A stretch of 32,000 nucleotides of DNA. Origin: an uncultured bacterium. Its GTDB lineage: Bacteria > Patescibacteriota > Gracilibacteria > UBA1369 > PNNO01. Below the pieces are notes generated by a model. That model did no database searches, was not told the origin of the DNA, and saw only the letters and a list, made by a program, of their open reading frames with translations. Below are positions 28,498 to 32,000 of this stretch, piece by piece. A program made the position numbers and the translations under genes. Each line of letters starts with the position of its first letter. Position 1 is the first letter of the stretch. The stretch lies in the NCBI GenBank assembly GCA_963704705.1, contig OY969931.1:900001-932000 (forward strand). Direction: 5' to 3'.

Positions 28498-29744
28498 AGC
28501 CAGTTTGCTTCAATGTGGCGGCTGCTGTCACTTAATTTAAGGATTCTGCAGTCTTCTTTATGGATACTTAAAGAATTGCCCCTTGTAACATAAGCTTTAA
28601 TCGCGTTGTTTAACTTTGGTTTGCAGCATTGTGCCAGCCTTATTGGTAAACCTTTTTCATTTCCAACTGTTATCCTGCTTTCAATATTGCCCTTAAACTC
28701 AGCTTTTATCTTGGCACCCTTTGTTACTCTCCTCTTTTTTCCCAAAACTTCGTTATATGAATAGACTTTCCATACCAGTTGTGATGGAAGCAAGGTTCCG
28801 CTTCCAACCAGTCTTAGCAGTTCTTCACGTTTTTTATAATTTAACTCCTGACCCATATAATTTTTTAAAATTGTTAACTTTGGATCAAGCTGCGGCTTGC
28901 CAATTTCGCTTAATTTTTTATTAATTAAGTCTTTTCCGGTTTTAAAGTTTGTCTCCTGATCAAAACTATTATAAAAAGTTTTAATTTTAGTTTTTGCACC
29001 TGTTGTTTTAACAAAACTAAGCCATTCAAGTTTTGGTTTACTGTTTGATTTAGTAATAATTTCTACAACATCACCGTTATGCAGCTCATTATCCAAAGGA
29101 ATAATCTTACCGTTAACTTTAGCCATCACACATTTATTTCCAAGGTCTGTATGAACCGCAAATGCAAAATCAATAGGTGTTGAGCCGGCAGGCAAATCTT
29201 TAACATCACCCTGCGGTGTGAGAATAAAGATTCTGTCCTGAAAAATATCAACTTTTATCTCACTAATCATTTCATTTTCCTGGCTTATTTTAGCTAAATT
29301 TTTAATCCAGTCGATTTGAGACTGAACAATTTCATCTTTACCCTTTGTTTCTTTATAAAGCCAGTGCGAAGCAAAACCAAATTCAGCATCTTCATGCATA
29401 TTTTCACTTCTTATTTGAATTTCAACAGGTTCTTTAAATGAATGCGGAGCAATACCAACAACAGTTGTATGCAGACTTTTATATCCATTCGGTTTTGGGA
29501 ATCCGATATAATCCTTAAACCTTCCGGGAATCGGCTTCCATTTATTATGAATAAGCCCAATCAACTCATAAAGCTTTGAAACATTTTCATACGGTAAAAT
29601 AATCCTGATTGCAAAAATATCATGAATTTCTTCAATAGAAGTTTTACCTTTTTTCTTTAATTTTTTATAAATACTGAAAGCGTTTTTAAGTCTGCCCGAA
29701 ACATTGGCTTCAAAACCGTTTTCATTCAAATATTCTTTAACCAC
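28494..29744 (-). CDS. rel: (p)ppGpp synthetase half of a split RelA/SpoT homologue: synthetase, TGS and C-terminal cysteine motif
   Basis: KPIPGRFKDYIGFPKPNGYKSLHTTVVG, EIQIRSENMHEDAEFGFASHW, TGS domain (IFILTPQGDVKDLPAGSTPIDFAFAVHTDLG), CCKP...ISIHKEDC-like end. Confidence 0.93.
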   Translation of the reverse strand: MVKEYLNENGFEANVSGRLKNAFSIYKKLKKKGKTSIEEIHDIFAIRIILPYENVSKLYELIGLIHNKWKPIPGRFKDYIGFPKPNGYKSLHTTVVGIAPHSFKEPVEIQIRSENMHEDAEFGFASHWLYKETKGKDEIVQSQIDWIKNLAKISQENEMISEIKVDIFQDRIFILTPQGDVKDLPAGSTPIDFAFAVHTDLGNKCVMAKVNGKIIPLDNELHNGDVVEIITKSNSKPKLEWLSFVKTTGAKTKIKTFYNSFDQETNFKTGKDLINKKLSEIGKPQLDPKLTILKNYMGQELNYKKREELLRLVGSGTLLPSQLVWKVYSYNEVLGKKRRVTKGAKIKAEFKGNIESRITVGNEKGLPIRLAQCCKPKLNNAIKAYVTRGNSLSIHKEDCRILKLSDSSRHIEANWL

Positions 29745-29749
29745 GCGTG

Positions 29750-30394
29750 TTATTTCTTCAATAACATTCTTTTTTTCTTACCCAAAACTTTTAATTCTTC
29801 CTGAATATTTTTATATTCGTATTCTTTTAAATACTTAAAACATAAATCTTCAAGTATCGACCTTATTCTGTAAACTCCCAATCGTGCGGCAATTGGAACA
29901 TATATATCCATTGTCTCCTGCGCAATCAATTTTCTATCTTCTGTTGGCAATGATTCCAGGGTCTGCAGATTATGGAGCCTGTCAGCTAATTTAATTAAAA
30001 CAACACGTAAATCTTTTGCCATAACCAGCGATAATTTTCTCAAAGTTTCAAGTTCGTTCTGTTTTGCTTCTCTAATTACACTCATCTTTTCATATGCTGA
30101 AATCAAATTCCCGATATCTTTACCGAATTCTTTTGCAACATCAGCTGATTTTACACCTGTATAACTGTGCAATTCATGCAGCAAAGCAGCAATTATCGTA
30201 TCTTCATCAACCTTTTGGGTAGTTAAAATCTTCGCGGTTTCAGTTGCGTGGGATAATACGCTTCCGCCAGAACGTCTTTCGTGTCCTTCATATTTTTTCT
30301 TAGCATAATTATAAGCCTGCTCTAACCGTTTTTCGTTCAAACCGCCATTATATTCTTTAATCCTTTTTATTAATGATTTTAATTCTTTATCCAC
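29750..30394 (-). CDS. rel: HD-domain (hydrolase) half of the split RelA/SpoT homologue, 214 aa
   Basis: HATETAKILTTQKVDEDTIIAALLHELHSYTG, MAKDLRVVLIKLADRLHNLQTLESLPTEDRKLIAQETMDIYVPIAARLGV. Confidence 0.9.
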   Translation of the reverse strand: MDKELKSLIKRIKEYNGGLNEKRLEQAYNYAKKKYEGHERRSGGSVLSHATETAKILTTQKVDEDTIIAALLHELHSYTGVKSADVAKEFGKDIGNLISAYEKMSVIREAKQNELETLRKLSLVMAKDLRVVLIKLADRLHNLQTLESLPTEDRKLIAQETMDIYVPIAARLGVYRIRSILEDLCFKYLKEYEYKNIQEELKVLGKKKRMLLKK

Positions 30395-30450
30395 AAAGAG
30401 AAGCTTAGAGATTAGCTAGGATTTTAAATCATAACCTATTTTATTGCAAT

Positions 30451-31926
30451 CTACAAATCCCCTTCCTGAATAATAAGTTTCAGATCTGAACCTTTTATAT
30501 CAACAACTTTTATTCCGCTTATCAAAGCGCTTTTATTCAATTCTATATCTTTAATTCGTGCATCCATATTGGCAATTGCAGTATCAAATAATTCTTTAAG
30601 TTTACTTAGCGCATTATACTGAGCTTTTAGATCAACCTGTTTTGTTGAAGCATTTATAAATTCCACCAATATTTTATTTGATTCCTGACTATTTAAATTA
30701 TCTGTTGCTGTGAAGAAATCTTTTTCCAATTGATTTTTTGTTGTAGTGGTTGCATCGAATAACACCTTCAATTTATCTCGTTTTGTACTAAGTTCGTCAT
30801 AATCATCTTTAGCCTGATCCAAAGCTACATTGAGTTCACTTAAATGAACCTGCAATGCCTGTGCTCTGTTGCTTGAATTATCCAAAAGCTGTTGGATATC
30901 AGTAGCAAAAGCATTCTGTAATTTTGTTAAAGTAGCCATATAACTGGCAATAATATCCACTTCACCGCCAATAATTTCAGGCAGTCCAATATTATAAACA
31001 GCCTGAATCGCAGAAGACGCTCTTTTAATTTTTGGAATAGTTTCCCCTGTAACCAATGCAGTTCCAACACCTTCTTCGTAATTATCCGCTTCGGTTTTAG
31101 TTTCGGTTTGTGTTTCAACAGGTTCTGTTTCATCTTTTGTAACAATTATTTCTTCCTGCACAGCGCCCTCACTCGGCGCACCGCCCTGGAACATCCCGAT
31201 AATTCTTTGAGGTAATTTAAAAAGGAAAATTCCTGCAATTAAAACTATAATTATACAGCCTCCAAGGGCATACTTTGTTATTATTTTAATTATTTCTTTC
31301 TTTTCAGCTGTTTCATCCGCCCCAAGTTCTTCTTCGTGACTTTCAACTGGTACGGGTTCAACAACTTCAGCCTGTTCTTCTTCAGGAATTTCTTCTGAAA
31401 CAGATTCAGTAGCAGAGGGTTGTTCCTGAATTTCTTCAGAAGGTGCTACCGGTGCAACCAAAGGAACACCATCTTTTGTTCCTTCGTAATCTTTTTTAAT
31501 AGCTTCTTTTAATTGATGCCATCCTACAGGCCCTTCCACAGGTACTTTAGGTATAGGCTCTGCTGATGTAATATCCTCTGGCAATTCAGATGGCGTAGTT
31601 GTTTCCGGTACTGGTTCCTGCGCATTATCATCCGAAGCAAGAAAGGCCTCTTCTTTTTCTTCTTCAGGCGGCTCGCTTGGCTCAGGCGGCTCGCTTGGCT
31701 CAGGCGGCTCGCTTGGCTCAAGTGGCTCGCTTGGCTCAGGTGGTTCAAATTGTGTTTCATCCACAAAAATATCTTCAAGATTTTCATCTTTAGGTTCTTC
31801 GGGCTTTGTAGTGTCCGGCTTTGTGGTTTCCGGCTTTGTAGAATGAGATTCTTGCGGCTTCTTTTTTGGCCTTCTTCTTCTTTTCTTTTTTGGCTGAGTT
31901 GGCTGAACCGGCTTATCCAAAGCCAA
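30451..31926 (-). CDS. Single-TM protein with a long Pro/Glu-rich N-terminal region and coiled-coil C-terminal region, 491 aa
   Basis: Basic start (KKKRRRRPKKK), Pro/Glu-rich repeats, TM ALGGCIIIVLIAGIFLFKL, then a helical segment (LNVALDQAKDDYDELSTKRDKLKVLF...). Confidence 0.75.
   Translation of the reverse strand: MALDKPVQPTQPKKKRRRRPKKKPQESHSTKPETTKPDTTKPEEPKDENLEDIFVDETQFEPPEPSEPLEPSEPPEPSEPPEPSEPPEEEKEEAFLASDDNAQEPVPETTTPSELPEDITSAEPIPKVPVEGPVGWHQLKEAIKKDYEGTKDGVPLVAPVAPSEEIQEQPSATESVSEEIPEEEQAEVVEPVPVESHEEELGADETAEKKEIIKIITKYALGGCIIIVLIAGIFLFKLPQRIIGMFQGGAPSEGAVQEEIIVTKDETEPVETQTETKTEADNYEEGVGTALVTGETIPKIKRASSAIQAVYNIGLPEIIGGEVDIIASYMATLTKLQNAFATDIQQLLDNSSNRAQALQVHLSELNVALDQAKDDYDELSTKRDKLKVLFDATTTTKNQLEKDFFTATDNLNSQESNKILVEFINASTKQVDLKAQYNALSKLKELFDTAIANMDARIKDIELNKSALISGIKVVDIKGSDLKLIIQEGDL
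31667..31747 (-). repeat. 18-nt in-frame tandem repeat encoding (PPEPSE)n
   Basis: On the + strand ggcggctcgcttggctca x3 (31667, 31685, 31703), a variant agtggctcgcttggctca at 31721 and a 9-nt partial copy at 31739. Confidence 0.9.
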
Positions 31927-32000
31927 AGCATCTTCAGTTTTTTTATTTATTTGTTCTGCTGGATGTAGATTTCTTGGCTTTCTTTTTCTGTTTCGCGGCC

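Noticed and set aside
31667-31747. CRISPR-like or intergenic tandem array
   Set aside because: 18-nt units are contiguous with no spacers, in frame, and encode a Pro/Glu repeat in a coding gene.
31524-31931. Minus-strand 135 aa ORF with repeats (LSQASRLSQASRL) and plus-strand 64 aa ORF (ARLAQAARLAQ)
   Set aside because: Both are alternate-frame readings of the 18-nt tandem repeat within the 491 aa gene.

Overview
This 32 kb window looks like the chromosome of a reduced, AT-rich bacterium. Candidate Phyla Radiation / Patescibacteria (possibly Peregrinibacteria) is inferred from gene style only. It uses the standard bacterial code: TGA ends ftsX in frame. Core genes recognised from protein motifs are greA (partial), rpoD, dnaG, a wecA/tagO-type transferase, truB, murE, a stand-alone riboflavin kinase, an O-antigen-ligase-like protein, hpf, an archaeal-type tpiA, holA, glnA, a TrmB-family regulator, gatA, gatC, a RibL-like FAD synthetase, ftsX, recO and a relA/spoT homologue split into two ORFs. 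The least explained part is 9.4-19.1 kb. It is a three-gene envelope/surface locus: a 1850 aa protein with a glycine-rich beta-barrel-like stretch, a 165 aa membrane-anchored cohesin-like protein, and a 1164 aa secreted cysteine-containing protein. The first two proteins both end in the exact tetrapeptide PSRH, written with different codons, which is compatible with a selected C-terminal tag. Other notable points are a rel homologue broken at an A7 run with a degenerate hydrolase motif, a split flavin-cofactor pathway, several archaeal-like genes, a divergent SAM-decarboxylase-like pyruvoyl enzyme candidate in an island of small orphan genes, two palindrome-dense intergenic regions, and two convergent gene pairs whose stop codons interlock. 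All homology calls come from reading motifs; no database search was run.
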